NCBI GenBank assembly: GCA_040954595.2
Contig: CM082585.2
Span: 9,412,564-9,476,563, forward strand
Direction of reading: 5' to 3'
From: Balanoglossus misakiensis
Taxonomy: Eukaryota; Animalia; Hemichordata
Length of the DNA: 64,000 bases
Shown: positions 36,959-52,700 of the stretch, one piece after another
How positions within the stretch are numbered: position 1 is the stretch's first letter
Layout: each line of letters opens with the position of its first letter
Position numbers and translations under genes: made by a program
Notes under the pieces: generated by a model
What the model was told of the DNA's origin: nothing
The model's database searches: none
What the model saw: only the letters and a program-made list of their open reading frames with translations

Positions 36959-39618
36959 TCATACAACTTTCGCCCTGCAGGTCTGACGTATCTTGGTCAG
37001 CTGTGCCAGAGGCAGTGATCCTGGTACTTTGAAAATATTCTGGAAAATACAAACAAACGTACATATAAATATCCTCAATAATTTAGAGATTCCTCATTAC
37101 TATTAGAACTTTTGATGTATTTTCTTCAAAGTTGTTTTCCAAGCTTGATAATTTTCCACACATTTATCACAGCGGGAAAGGGAGCAAAGATCCAAACAAC
37201 ACTGCAATCACTTCAGTTACTACTACATGTATATAGAAATGAAACGGGCTCCCACCTGCATAAATACATGGCATTCTATGTTTTTGCTATCTATACAGAT
37301 TTTCTTGAACGCTTCGACGACATTGGGGAATGTGGTGGCCTTGAGAATGATGTCCTGATGCTGGCTCAGAAGAGTCAGGGCAACTCGGAAAACAATCTTT
37401 GATCCTTCGTAGAAGAGACTGTCCCAGATCCTTAGTACTGTCTGTAAAGAAAGATGGCAATGTACATACATATGATTGATGATGAAGTCTTTTACTTGCA
37501 CATATACAGTTTGGTTCATCCTTCACTTCGGGCTGAATAGCGCCCTCTATAATCTATGCGGCACTGCTTCATTTGTTTCATTCTATTGGTCTATTTACTT
37601 TGATGGCTAAACTTAATCGTAACTTAGTGCAGTTTTCACCCTGCAATTATCCTTAAGTGTTCAATCCATGCAAAAGACTTAATCAGTTTTCCCAAGACAC
37701 TTACTTCGAGGGGTAAAACTTCTAGATAGAGACAGATAAACCATTTTGTGGTGGGCAAGGACCACGGAACGCCTTCTCTTTCAACATGTGCATGTAGATG
37801 TGGAAATTTAAGTTTCACAAGTTCTGAAAGCACTTCTTGATCTGTCTTCAACCCAGACATGTCCTGCGTGTAGTAATCTATGGAAAAAATAAATAAATAA
37901 CCAACTTAGCTGATAAAGTTCTTGTACAAGTAGATTAACAATCAGATACCCATCCATTAGTGAGCGAAATAAGCATGATGTAATTTGAACCTGACATTTA
38001 TCAAAATGAAGTGAAAGATAAAAGCAGCTCAGGCTTGAAATCATCAGTTCTGCAGAGGGGCAAAATCCTTAGACTGGCTGGTGATAATGCAAATTTGAGG
38101 ACAGATTACTTGATTGTTGTACATGTACATATAGAGAAACATGCCCGGTAATAGTGCAAAGGAAAAGCTGAAAACTACTATTCTGTTTGCAAATTAAATC
38201 TCAAGACAGACCATTAACTTCAGACTGTTAGCTCTAATTTGCATATCAAGTATGGTATAATGATCACTTTTAACCATACATTGTAGAATGCAACAGTCTC
38301 ACAGGTATACTTTGACAGGCTTTCTTCAGGCAACAGGTGCGAAAAATTGTGATTAACGTCACATCAGACTCGTTACAGTAATTTTCTCTTGGCTAGTTGA
38401 TTATTTAATCAGACAAGCCTTCAGGTTATGTCTGAAGCCTTGGGTGCGAAGTACTCAATTACTGAAACATTAAAGCTCCATGAGCTGCCAAATTTCATAT
38501 TTTTTTTCCGTAGTGAAATATTTCAAATCTTCTCCCTATCCATTGAAATCCTCGCCATTAAGCCGTATCACTAATATTTGCATCAGTTTGTCATCTCTTG
38601 GCGACGTATACCACGATAGTTGTGTACTCATTGAATGGAGACCGATTAAATGGGTGTGGCACCTGTTTAATACTACCAGGTAGTGTATTACTTGTTCAAA
38701 TTGCAACATACAGCCACACTTGCTTAGATGGATCAAAATAAGTTGGCAAGTAAAAGACATTTTCACATGAAGCTCGATCTGGTTATACAGTGAATAACAA
38801 ACTCACCTGGTAAAATTTTGTCTAGTAGTGTATCTAAGAGGAAAAACGACATTTCTTCATCTTTGAGTACGAGAAGCAGTAGACCCGTGATGAAATTAAG
38901 ACCTTGGCAATAACCGACTCCAGTGTTGTGATGGCCATAGGCCACTAAAACATTGTACAGTGGCCGTCTCTTGCCTTCATCTGTCCCATCTTTGAAATAA
39001 ATGTTGTCTGGGAATGTCCTATGGATATCTGGACAAAACAAAACAAAACAAGATACAAATACCTGGTTCACACAGGGTAAAACTAGAAATGTTTCAGAGA
39101 CACTTGCCATTTCTAAACACAGAGGATTAAATCCTTTGAGTCTTGCAACTTTGAGCACAGCATGCAGTAAGATAAAAATGTACTGGACTGTGATTGAATC
39201 CATACCTGTACTTATGGTTTCTATTAGTCTCTGATCTTTTGGACCGTTTAATAATTTTTCATACAATCCCGGATTTTCTTCCATTTTCTTCTGCGCGCCG
39301 CTTATGTGCATCCACACCATACCTCGATGTTCGGCTGGGATGCCCTTCCGGCAGTACCTTTTAACTATGGAAAAGAGAAAGTGTGAGGGAAAAAGTGAGA
39401 TTATGTGGGAGGGAGAGAGAGAGAGTGAGATAGAAAACAACAGAGGGAGAGATAGAACATCACCTTTTCTGGACCGTTCTACTTTGGTTTTAGCTGAGAG
39501 CAATGAACTCCATTTGCCGGCTCGTCTGGCTAACACGGCCAAGTAGTGTGACATGAATTCTTCATAAGTCTGATAGTCGAAGTCTTCCGGCCTCTCAAAT
39601 CCGTAGGGATCAATGGCA
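36959..39618 (-). CDS. GRTP1: Growth hormone-regulated TBC protein 1 (TBC1D6, Rab-GAP), common exons 2-7
   Basis: Minus-strand exons 39618-39464, 39364-39206, 39028-38807, 37877-37705, 37441-37256, 37039-36959 (TGA). Translation AIDPYGFERPEDFDYQTYEEF...VKRYCRKGIPAEHRGMVW...DIHRTFPDN...GYCQGLNF...GLKTDQEVL...ETVLRIWDSLFYEGSKIVFRVAL matches GRTP1 as recalled; catalytic DxxR and YxQ fingers intact. Confidence 0.95.
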
Positions 39619-41152
39619 CTGCAAAAGGAATCCGGAAGAAAATGATTGATTTATATTCCGTTCAGAACGCTCTTCACATGAATGCAAACACGGACGGCAT
39701 CTGAAATTCAAAGAGGCTCGGACTCAAACGGATGTTAATTTCCAGCTACTGCATCCCCTGGACCTGTTAACGCTAAAAAAATAATATAGAATGAACGACT
39801 GTTGCTTTTTGAGCTACAGGTACACAGTTCTCCGTATCAGTGGATGTATGGGGTTTTTACTGATTTAGAATTCCCAAACGATTCTGTCACATATCTGTCT
39901 CTCACAAAATCCATATTAGTCTCTCACACAGAATCAGGGAAGTGATGAAAGAATGCTTGAAAGTTTCCAAAATTCAACCACTGCTTTTAACAAAAATTTC
40001 ACAATGGATGGAAAAATCAATAAACATCCAACTGGCATTGTGCAGTAACAATGCAAAGGGATGATAGTTACTGGACATAAGGGTGATAAAATATTGAATT
40101 TTTGTGTGGGTACATTTAATGGCTTTATTCCATTTGAGGAAACCCCAATCTGATTATCGGGCGTTAGTCGGTGTAAAAAGCATAAAGGTCTTGTCACTGA
40201 GGCCTAATCATATAAATACGGCTGGCTAAGTTTGTAGTTTATCAATTTAATGTACATCCTGTATCCTATTATTCCGAGGAAAATGAAATCATGTTTACCA
40301 TTTTGGGACACAGTAAGAAATAGAAAAGGGTCATCTGCTGACAAAGGGAATTGAACTTAAATCTTATTTTCATTTGATTGTTCACAAATATGATTTATCA
40401 GGCAGATACGAAGCTGAGTAGTCAGATAACTCATTCTAACATTCTTATATGTTTACGTGCCTTGAACCCAAAGTCACAGCTAAAAAGCCTTGAGAAGCAT
40501 GCATTTTGTAAGCTAAGCAGCATTGCAAGACTGTGACTATATGCGTTGAAATTCTCAGGAGAACGTATTAGACATAGAAGACTGACCATCATCTGAGATG
40601 AGTATCTTAGTGACCTTTGAACCCTTCATCATCAGATGGCACATTTGCATACGCTTCATTTGCTATCAAATTTCCAGGCAACTTGAGATGAAAATATATT
40701 TCATCCATCTGCTGCTATATGCTCTCATGTCGTTTACACAAATAAAGACTTCAATTTTAATCCTTCCCTTTCCAGAATAGTGCTGGCACATCTATTCAGG
40801 TTCTAAATATATCTCAACCAAACGCAATCACTAAGCTCTTTCCAAATTGCACCGAGAAAAGTCCCACAGGTGCACTGCAAGTCAAATCAAATGGAAAGCC
40901 TTTTACTGCATGTGTCGATCGAACCACTGGACTAAATATGGTTGCAATGATCACTGAACTTTCGCCCCATCACCTCTCTTCTGTTGCTACAAGCACTCAA
41001 AGAGGAGAGGGCTTAATGATGGAAAGCAGTTGCGTAAACACAGATATTCAGGGAGACTCATGGTCACATGAAATGAAGTGTGATCACCGCATGGTCATTA
41101 CTTTTAAACCATATATGTGCATATGTAAATTTGGGACAATATAATCCTTTAA

Positions 41153-41243
41153 TAACCCTCTCACCACCATAGTTCAGTCCAAAATCATTGTTTTCTACAG
41201 TAAGGTTGGACCTCTTAAAAGGCAACTGGGGGTGAAAGGGTTA
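41153..41243. mobile_element. Short MITE with (T)AACCC termini; related inverted copy near 35417-35510
   Basis: TAACCCTCTCACCACC ... GGGGGTGAAAGGGTTA (2 mismatches); AACCCTTTCACCCCC also occurs at 35417. Confidence 0.6.
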
Positions 41244-44200
41244 TAAATGCTGTAACTTCAGAGATTGATCTTGTGAATGGAAAACTCCACTTTCGTCACG
41301 TCACAGCAAATATATCTCAACACTATCTTTCGAAAGTAACAGCACCCATTAATCCTTGAAGACTTAAAACATGGTGATATTCACTGCCTTGATGGGTACA
41401 TCTGAATTCACTGAGTATAACAACACTGCCACCTTGTGACATTTACACAAGCGAGGTGAAATGATGAGAAATGGCGTCAAGGCACATAAACTGACACAAC
41501 TTTGGAGAGGTTGCTTTATTTTTAGAATATTGATGTCAACTTGCGCCATTCATCAAGGTTAGCGGTTTACATGACCAGAATGGCAATAACAGTCCAAGCA
41601 TGTCCATCAATTAAGTTTTATATTTCATGCTAGATTGCATTGATGGTTCCCTTCTAGAAAGCCTTCTTAAAGACCTTTCATGCTGACAGTATCAATCACC
41701 TAGGATTCCGCGATACAATTAATCTGATTCGCTCAAATTGCGATTCAACTAGCATATCCACCTATCAGAATCCAGCTTCTATAGGTGACATGAATGTCAA
41801 TGTCAGCCCGGCCGCCATTTGCAGATATTCCCCCTTAGGCTAAACCCTCAGATGATGACAACCATGACAACAGTGTTTCCACTCAAGAGAGATTTACTTT
41901 CTTCATCTGACAGTTGGCAGACAGCTCACAAAGATCTGTTTGATAATGCTCAATTTCACTATCTCCGAAATGTGAAATGTACAAGTGCCACAGGCCATAT
42001 AAACATTAGATGTTTGTGCGATTATAATGCAAGCCTATGTGTTCCTGTTGAGTCATATTTTAGCCATCAGTATTCTTGTACATGTAATGCACATACTGTA
42101 AAACGTGTTATTTTTGCAATGTAGGAAATTTTCACAATATCAAAAGAGGCAACTGTTACGCGAGGATTAATTTTTCCGTTTTCATGGCATATTATACTGA
42201 TGTATGTACTGGGCATGTACTCCAATGTGATTTGGCATTTTTAACAAAACCTTTCAACTGTAAGAAACCTCTCTATCAGTAATGGAATGCATAAATTTCA
42301 ATCAAATAGAAAATGACAGTATTTTTAATCTGGGGCAGTCTAATTTCCGCGATGTGGGTGAAGAAACAGACAGACATTGATTGATGGTCTGTCTGCATCA
42401 GCAAAGAGAAGCTATTTTGAGCCAAACGCAATAAGCGTATATTAAAGCGGTCCATCAGTCAGGCATCAAACCATGTTTTAGTATAGATGCCGTCACGAAA
42501 AACGCATCAGTGATCTGGCCAGTTGCACACGCAAATTACAATCTCAGATGCGTCTCTGTGTCTGTAATTTAAATTTGAAGGCCGAGGAAACATAATCTGA
42601 AGGTGACTTTGAGAGAACCATACATAACACTGCATTAGTGATGGCAAGGACTTTTTTGCATCAGGCAATGCATACCTGGTGATGTTCAGTGCCCTGGGAT
42701 AGAAATAGCCACAGTGTTTAATTACAGCTGCACATTCAATTAACCCTTGCACTGGCGGTTCTGTAGTGTAATTACGAACCATCGTCTTGCATGACGACCG
42801 TGAGGTTGGTTGTAATTATGGCCAGGAAAGTGGATGCAATTAAGGGGCAAATCAGTTGCTTTCTCAAGAGCTCTTTACTGACATTTCGATTTCCTCACTA
42901 ATAGTGACCTATGCATGTAGTATGATGTACCTTACAAATCCCTTCCTTGAGCCTTATATTTACAAGGTTAGAATTTAAAAAATAAAATAAAATATAAAAA
43001 AATAACAAGGAATGCTTCAGAATACGAGAAGATCATGTTTTGTGGTCTACAACTTTCCAATAGTCTATAATTGCAGCTCTCGAGCAACTTTGGTAAAATA
43101 TGACAATTTCAATATTTCTTACACAGTTTTCATGTAACATAGAAATTGGTAGACATGTTGAATACATGTACTGACAAATTGTTAAACCTATAAAATTTAA
43201 TTGGCAACAACTATAATTCTTATAGTACACATATTCTCTGCTGTTCCCTTATATTCATGAAAATTTTAGATGTGTAACTTCTTCTCTCAGTCACGTACCA
43301 CTGTAATACTGATCACGGAATACATTGCAGCATCACGTTTCTCTCAAGTTAGCAATCTTTTCCTACTCGGCAAATAAATCTCCCGGAGACGGATTAAATT
43401 CAGATTTTCTCTTCTCTATCCCTGCCAGAGTCAGCTGCTGAATGCTGATGTTTCAACTCTTGACATTCCGCCAAGACGGTGTGAATCAGATAGACGACAT
43501 CATGTGCCATCAATATCCACAAGAAATCATAAAGTCTTTCTATCCCACGTATGTCTAGTTTGTTTGAATGGGGATGAGAAAACCTCGGAAGGAATCACAA
43601 AGAGCTGGAGTTCATATCACTGGCTATCTACAGAGTAGAATACGCTATTTAGTTTTTGTGCGGTAAACTGAGTTTATAAGACTGGCTACACAAATTTCTG
43701 AAGTTACTGACAAATCAACAATGATTTAACATCAACAGTAACAAAAACAGCCAGCCTTTTTACTTTGTAGTAGATGGTTTGGATGAAGATGAAATATATT
43801 GCTCCCTGCAACAACACTTCTGGCTTCTTGTATTAAGTGCCATGGATAATTAAAAGCGCACACACACACCAAATTCTACTGATTATGTTTGACTCAAGTC
43901 ATTTCCACTCCCCTAAGAGAAGGTTTTCAAGTTGATGTGAGTCATCATTGCATGTACGGTACACCATCAATATACACTACTCAGTACACTCTAGTCATAG
44001 CAAGTTGAAACACCCATTTCCATACACCAGCCTACCTGAACTCTATCCTGTGCTGGCATATAAATCTACACTACTTCACTCAATCTGAATTAAAATCAAT
44101 TGGAAACTCGCTTTACCCCGAGCCTATTAAATTATTTGCCACATCTACTCGTAAGCTGAGAAGAACGCACCGTTTTAGGGTAAATTTGGCGAAGACATAC

Positions 44201-46586
44201 CTCTGCGTTATCTACTTTAGTTTTGTTTGCCAGACTGTTATCAGTGAAAGAAACCTGGCCTACAGCAAACACTGCAATCCAGATTCTCTTGAAAAATGCA
44301 CGGAGAAGGTTCAATAGAGAGAGCGAGAGCACTCCACTGAAAGACGATACATCAGTGTCCACTCTGACATACGCTTTAAATATTGATACAACAGTAATGT
44401 TAGTCTTTCCTGTGGACATTTCTGGGGGATTCGCCAACCCACCACCGGGGAGCCTTCCCTGAAGCTTGTATAGCTGTTGCCATGGTGATAAGCCGATGGC
44501 ATTTCAAAATGGCCGACTCTACATACTCGATGGCCATGCTGGAAGCAGTTTTGCATACCAGTACATCAGTACATTCTACAGTATATGTCATCTTGTATCA
44601 GCAATTAATTTTAGTGTAACATACGGCATGTACACCGTACTGCCCCTGTGTGGGTGGTGGATGGCATCATTTTACCATTTTTTTTTCTCTTTGGGGGTAG
44701 ATTTTTTTCTCAATTCCATTTTTTTCCTGGTCAACATTTGGTGTGTGGGCAGCAATGTAGATTTAACAGTAAACAGTAAAAACACCCACTCACCCTATTT
44801 TGGCTTTGTTTGTTATTTTACTGGCTATTTCCAAAAGCTCTGTGCTAATCTATACTTAGTTCCAACTACCGTTTCAAATCTTTCACTTTACACTGACATT
44901 TAGCTGCATCCCTGTGTGGGCATGATGTCTTTCTTCATCTGATATGATCGTAATTATCTTCTGCACAGACAGGAGAAGTATTTACTTGAAAACAACTACA
45001 TTTTTAAATATTCAAAAATGTCAACTCTGTTAGTATAATTTTGTACCTACGCTAAAGCTGCATAATTTAGTTTGACTAATAAAATAACGATTTCAAGGAT
45101 TAGCTTTTTCCCAACATCCAAACCATCTCGTTATACCTGTATAGCCTGTACACAAACTGGTAGAATTTATCTATTGAATGATTCTCATTAGGTTCTGAAA
45201 ATTAAAGATTCCAGCTTTTAAACCTGTACTGTTTAACACAGACTTGCTCCTATCAATACTGATGCTGCTCGAGCCACATCTGATCTCAATTAAATCTGGC
45301 ACAAGCAGCCATTTTACTGACAAAAGGATCTCGCACACACAAACAAAAATCAATAGCCCCTTGCTGTGGTGAATAAAACTCGTGGACATAATGCAATTAT
45401 ACTGTACATGATGGATTCAATGGAGACAACATCCGGTGGTTCAATTCAGAATTACAGTCAATCCACATCCGTCTAGTGTCATCTACAGTAGGCTTTACTA
45501 GAGAAATAATGAATGTTTTACAAAATGCTGGTGTACACTAAAATTGTCCTCTACCAGACATGCACACATTCTGATGAAAAAAATATAATTGCTCTTCCCT
45601 GTACTGATAGATAAACTACAGCTGTCCCAGGTGGACACCATGCCCTGTGTTTTTAACTCCGTCAGCACCCCTTGGCATTTCAAAGAGAATGGGATTAATT
45701 ATATCTCGTGGAAAAGATCGAACTAAATTTTACATGATGGCCTGAACATGCACAACCTTATAGGTATAATTGGGTGGTACATGTATTAAGCTACATAAAA
45801 AGATGGTACAGAGCCAAATGGGAGCATAAATTAAGATTGATTTTCATGGTGATTACATTATGATAAAGTTTATTGTTTAGAATTCTTAGTAAAAAATCAC
45901 TATTTTGTTCATTATTATGACAGTGAATTTGTGTATTGTGTACATTTTGAATAAAGTGAAGCTGGTTTGTCTTTGCAAAAAAACAGTCACATCGCCATGC
46001 ATTGTAAAACCTCCATAGAACCCACAGCATGAAGCCTGAATAATTCATCAAATCTTGCAGATTATGATTAACTTCAAACTATCACAATGATTTATGTGCA
46101 CATCCAAATTGTCCCCATGCATTCTATTTATGACACTCTCAACTGGCATCTTGCCGATATTTCAATATTTGTTTCTGGCTCCGTCATTAAAAATTTAACG
46201 GCAGCTGCTCATATTTCAAATTCTGGTCATTTCCATTTTGATCTTTTTACTCCTCAGACAGATTCTTGAATACATTATTAATCATAAAAGTGCAAACCCA
46301 ATTTTTTCCAGTTCTGACTGAGTCATTAGAAATGAAGTCTTCTGTATTCTTGGGGCTTTAATATGCAAACATAGGCTTTCATAGCTTGTACCAAATGCTA
46401 AATAACCCCAAGTAAAATGTCGTAATGACATTTCCTAATTAACTTCTCCTCTGGCTAGGAAATTTTCGATACACCCTGTCAACATTCTCTGCGGCACTTT
46501 CTCTACTCAGAAATTGAAGTATGCAATTTAAGGAAAAGTTGCACAGCCTGATAGATTGCAGTTCCACAGACAAAACTTTTCAACTT

Positions 46587-46759
46587 CAGTAAAACTAGCA
46601 AAACCAGACAACCAAAACATTAAGAAATTGTTCAGTTTGCAAGTGTCTGATTAATAGAGGCTTTTAACATGTGGTTCTATGTCAAAAGGAACTGAATATG
46701 TATTTGGTAATAGACAGATTTCCAGATTAGACCGGGCTTGGTTTAGACAGGTTTTACTG
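46587..46759. mobile_element. Tc1/mariner-type MITE remnant
   Basis: CAGTAAAAC ... GTTTTACTG termini, followed by TA on the right side. Confidence 0.45.
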
Positions 46760-49700
46760 TACAGTGCATGTACATTAAAATACATGTAGATTTCACTGTT
46801 TGGCCCAATAAGGCGACTAAATCACTAAATGATTGGCATATACGGTGAGCCACTTGGGCACTTAGCATTCAACAAGTAATTTGGGTAGACTAATTTAAAA
46901 ATGGGGGTCAAATCCACACAGAGACTATGTGAGACCCACCGGAACAAACCACAGAAGATTTCCCTTGTGAGATTCAGTGGCTAGACATGATTAGACTTAA
47001 ATGTTTTATAGAGAGGTTGGTAAAGGTCTCACTGACTGGCTCTTTAAGCATCATCTTCTACATCCCATCTTCTACATATGGGCAAAACTGAAACTCCAAT
47101 GACAAGTACAGCATTTAAAATTAAACTCTCAAACCCTTTGTCAAATGTTTCATGATAATAAAGTGCAGATACTGCTTTTTCACTAGTGACTATAAATTTA
47201 TTTTGGAAGGTTTTACAGGGGAAGAGATGTTTTAATGCTCGTACGCTGCAGAACTGCATGAAATCTACTTCCCATGAATTTATTGAGCCAGCTTTGATAC
47301 TGAAAGTCCAGCCCATGGTAAATTATCATATCTACCCTGGATGAAATTAACCAGACATAGCTTTCACAATATTTTTATTTTTTATGACCACCAATCCGTA
47401 AATCAAATGTTAAAAGGTTTGGTAACCCCTTTCTTCGTTTTAAATTCGTGATAAATTTCCTACACATTGCCTGCAGGCATTGCAATCACAGATAAGCATG
47501 AAAGTTATAGAGCAGTTTAATTGTTGAGTATACAGCATAGGAAGCCTTTTATGAGCAGTTGCCCTTTATATAAACTTTTAGGAGTAGAAAATTGATGGCA
47601 TTCTGCTACCAATAAGCACAGCCATAACTTTGCTGGCCCGAAACATGTGTGGGTCATGACACAAGCTTATATATGCACACAGAGATCTCAGTATACTGAC
47701 CAATACATCTTTGTACATGTACATGTTCGCAAGACATGGCTGCAAGAGTAATGGCAATAGGGATGGTCAGATCAACAGACAGACATACAGATAGATGCAC
47801 AGGCAGATGAAGCCCAATCAAGTACCCTGTGTCCATGGGGACCAATAAAACTTACATTGGTCATCGTGAAAATGAAGCAACTGTGTCTATAACAACACAA
47901 CATCCAAGCTTTCCACACCTTTCCCAGTAACAGATGAAATTTATTAAGCCTGAGTCATACCCAGTCGTTTAATTTGATTCATTTCTCACCAGCAGCCTAA
48001 TAAATTACGTTTATTCATCAGAAATTTGCCCAACACACCCGTAGACGATTCATTTAAGGTGCGAGAAGGGTAATAACTTTCCAGAAATTTATGAGCCTGG
48101 CACTCTGAATCATAATTGGATGAAGACAAATATTGTCAACAGAACTGTCGGCTGAATATTTCAGTAGGCAGGATTTCCAAGCCAGGCAACCGTACTTCAA
48201 TTGTTTGTACACTAACAGGAAAAGTGCACCTTGTACACTATTTCACAGCAAGAAATTGATTTTGTGTGATTGCTTTAAGTTATACCAGTAGGCAATTGTG
48301 CGGAAAAAGCAAACTCAAAGATGACTATTAAAATGTTCCTTTTTCACAAAAATACCAATTTAACAAACTTGCTCTATTTTTTTTCTTTTTCATTAGAACC
48401 ATCAGATAATAAATGTATCACGACTTAGCCATATCATTCAATGTGACTTCATCAGAGCCATTAGTTTGAAATAACATGATACCCTGTGTTTAAAGATGAC
48501 GTCATCTAAACCATCAAACCTGACACACAGGGAAATGCCGTCGGTAAACATTACACTCCCGTTTCAATAAAATCAGTTCAATCAACGATTTCCAAGTTTC
48601 CTTGATGCCATTCCGCTAAAAATAACATCAATTTCTTGGCTATATTTGCTTCAATGTAGACATACCGGTATACTGTTAAATTCCTAATGATTTATTGCAT
48701 TCATGGGGTTGTGCCACTATAATCTGTTCCACCAGGGGTGAAATGTGAAACTTCACTGGGAAAACTCAAATTGATGCATGTTTTCTGTTGAATCATCTCG
48801 GAGCCTACTAATACTGTGATATGTTCTTGCGTTTGAAATTTCCATGCCTGTTAAATTAGGAAGTACATTGGATTGCACAAACACCATTTGGCAGAAATTG
48901 TGCACGCAGCAAAGCGACAGCCCCTGAACAAGATCTGCCCGCACACAGAACAAAACTGCATCAGACAGATTCATACTGACACTAGAGGGGGGAGGTAAAT
49001 TGAACAATGTTGAGTTTACTCACTAATGCAGTCGGACTAATGCAATTTTCATACGAAACCCTCTGCATCCTGTCCACTAAAACAACCTGTCATTCTAATG
49101 CATAACCATTACGCAAGTAGTCCCGGTGAACTTTCGAGAAAGTAACCATCGATTCCTTTTACTGACATGCTGAGCTGGTACAGTCAAGTTCACTGTATCT
49201 TTTGTATGTAGCTCACATATCATTGGGCAGATGTGCAAATAGTTGGGCAGATGGATCTTTTCCCATTACACTACAATTTTTCATCTGAAATGCTCAGATA
49301 TAAGGTTGGGACACACATATAGAAAGATAATATTCATGTCTTTACAGACTGTTTTCTTGGGTTTATGTTGTATACCCAACAGTGAACTGCAGATCACACA
49401 AAGTCAATCTTAAAATAAATTATTCATTACCCTTTGGTTGATTTATCCAGAATCCTGACCGTGCATTCCAGGGTAACAACTATAGAGTCTGAATATAAGT
49501 TTTATATTGCATGTTATATTACCACCATGAATCTGATTAAAGCTTAATAGTATTGTATGCACAGAAACACCTGCACCATTTTACAGTCCACATGAGCTTG
49601 TGGGAATGTTGCTATGGTTACCTTCTGATACAACTCTTTTTAATGTTCAAATACATGGAAACGTATTGGCACTGAATACAGTTGTGACTTAAACTATCGC

Positions 49701-52700
49701 AGCATATTCAAATGAAGGCTTTTCAAATTAGCCCGCAAGTAGCGAATCTGGTTTCAGCTAAACACTGACTAAGTACATGTATATGTGGCTATAATACGTC
49801 TTGAGGTTTGCATAGAAATTATAGCAATATGGTCTAGATATTCATTTGTTTCTTGTTAATTCTGCGCCCAACATTTCCAATCCTGTGAAATCTAATTTTA
49901 ACGGCGAGTACCAATCTAAACCCTGTGTTTTAGGAGCAATTACTCTGTGTTGCGTTGGAAGCCGGAAACAGTTGCCGTGGAAACTACCACAAAATCCAAT
50001 TGTCGGTACCACCTCAGGAAGTCATCAATACCGACAAACGTGGTAGGGTTGATAATGGAAGAAATAGCTATCATAAATTAGACATGCATATTGGCGGGCA
50101 TTTCATTTATATCCTGCATTTTATAAGTTTCGACATCTCAACAACGGGGCTGCACACAAGATTTCACCTTGGTAGTAATTCTCACTGACTTGAGTCCTAA
50201 AGTCACTTTATTTTATTGATCTTCCATTTACAAGGTAGTGCTTCAGAGACCATTAATGTCTTGAATTGCATTGAGGCCAATGTTTTTTTACACTTAGAAG
50301 TGAACTCTGAAGCAACTTCAGCACAAGTACATGTACACCACACAGTCACACTCTAAAAAGTAATGGCCACAGTTCAGACTTCTCAAAGCATTAACATGGA
50401 GTAGTTGGGTGTATATTTGGTACAGGGTGGTGATAGTGATACACCTATTTTAACATGAAGAATGTATTCGCAACCTCACAAGACTCATTTGCTCAAATGA
50501 CTTGGCTCAGGAGAGCCGGTTGCTAGGCAACAATCGCTATACGACTTGACAAAAGAAAAGTGCAATGTGGCGAAACTCCTTCACCTGTTTGCAAAATTGA
50601 TGAGCAAGTTGGCGGGGTTTGACGTCAATGATGTCATCCCTGACTTATGTCACACAGCTGTGGAGAGCAACGTGGCAACCTGTTTCCAAACTTTTACACC
50701 TGCGATGCAATTGCCCGGTGATCCGTAAACTGCCAAGCGCCTGGAATCATTCCGTGCACATCACAATATCAGTCAACTGTGTTGGACAAACACCGGATGA
50801 TCTGTCAGTGCCGAATGTGATTTGGAAAGAAAAATGGGACTTTCACGATTTTCTTCAAAAGAAATACTTTTTGAATGTAGAACTGCCACTCTGACTTTGA
50901 ATACATTTTGACTGGCAACTGTCAGCCTCTTCTTTTTTCTGGTAAAAATCTTGCACAAACGAAGCATTTATAACAAAACAGGTTTTAGCAACATGTCTCA
51001 TCTGGTCGAATCCATCCATAAATGAAGAGATACTGAAAACCCATCTAAAAGCTTTTGCGTGGGAATTTTGTCTACGATAAATTGATGGTGAACACTGGGA
51101 GGCTAAGTTTGTACAGAATAAGAAGCTGCTTTCTTTTTCTAAGCTTCTTACCAACTGGCATTTCCTGAAGGACTCTGCATCCTCGATTAAAGATTAAAAA
51201 TAAGTAGGCAGCTGAACTGCCCAAACTTGTCTGTCTCTTTGAGGATATCAGAAAATATCTTTTCGGAAAAACAATAACAAACCACAAACCAGACAGCCGC
51301 AAATGTCTCCTTAATATAGGACGCACCTCCCCTGGGACAGATTTTCCAAAAAAAAAATGATATTCTTTCAAACCTTTCAATTCTTTGCGATATGTTAAAC
51401 AGTGTGTTAAGTCTTAAAGACAAAGAAGAAAATTGGGTGTTCACCATCTTATTTCCATAAGAAATGTTACTTTAATATAATACAGTTACCAGTAACCACA
51501 GTTTAATAACGTTGAGACTGGCAGCCATTTTGAATTTCAAATTTGAGAAATTTCAGAGAGTCATGCAAAATTACAGGATTTTTCTTGCTCTATCCACTAC
51601 TGCTCTTAAAATCCTTGACTTAAAGTATACTTTCAAGTATGCAATACTTCTGTTCTATTGGCAATCTGAAGTGAAAGCTTTCAGACTTACGTAGGAAGCT
51701 GACATATAGACATCTATCAAACTTTCATCATCACAAAGTCTCCATGTTGACAAAAAAAGAATTCCATCACATTGTAGTTCTTTTCCAATATTATAAGGTA
51801 ATTTTGAGTCTCACACAAATATTAAAATATGTTCACTATGGAAGAAGGGTATGTTTCATCATACGGTATATAAGTAATATGAATAATATCAGGATTAATA
51901 GGAAAGATATGACAACATTCAAGCATTCTCTGCAACTATGATATGTCAATCCAAACATCGAGTCACAATGTGTTAAGTATCTGAGTCCGTCTAAGAGTTT
52001 TCACTTGAAAACAAGCAATTTACTGCTTTAATCTGTATTTGCCACTTCAGTGATTGATTTCATTCAAAAGATTGGCGTAACACGATATGGAGTTACACGT
52101 TGTAATCTTGCCAAGAGCTGAGATAAATAGCTTTTGGTGCGGCGAATATGTGGTGATGTGAAGAAGGCAAGCTAAGATTATTGGTATAGGGAAAGAGAAT
52201 ATGCAACCTCCAGGGTAGAATGCTTTTGATGAAACGTGGTAAATATTCAAAAATATTGAAAAATAAACCACAACTATTTAGGTTTGGTTATTTTTTCCAG
52301 TATTCTTGTACTGCTTCCTCCACTGATTTTTGTTTTACACCCTAAGGAGCATGTCGTCGATTTATCAGCTTTTTCAAACACAAAGCCTTGAATGGGATAT
52401 GCCAGGTAATCTAGCAGTCAGTTATTGTTGGTGATGGAAATCTGGATGTAGATTAATTCACATATTGAAAATAACATCATAAATTCACATTGAAAGTGGA
52501 TTACCGGTACTATGCATTTGAAAAACTATGTCACACAGTGGACAAGAAGACTAAAATAAATATCAAAAGGTATGTGCGAGTGATGCTTTCAAATATGTGA
52601 AAATGTTGAATATCACAATGTAGAATGCTTGATTGCCATTAAGAGGAATGGTTTCATGGTGACATTTGATAACCTTCAGTATATGGGGAAAAAACTAGCC

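Noticed and set aside
44201-44437. Minus-strand ORF ending at donor GAG|GTATGT as another GRTP1 coding first exon
   Set aside because: The open frame ends in phase 0 and the phase-2 frame has a TAG just upstream; it could only be a non-coding leader exon.
51310-51600. Possible degenerate DNA-transposon fragment (TTAA...GGACGCACCTC...GGCAGCCATTTTGAATTTC)
   Set aside because: Looks repeat-like from memory, but I could not establish a second terminus or a second copy in this window.
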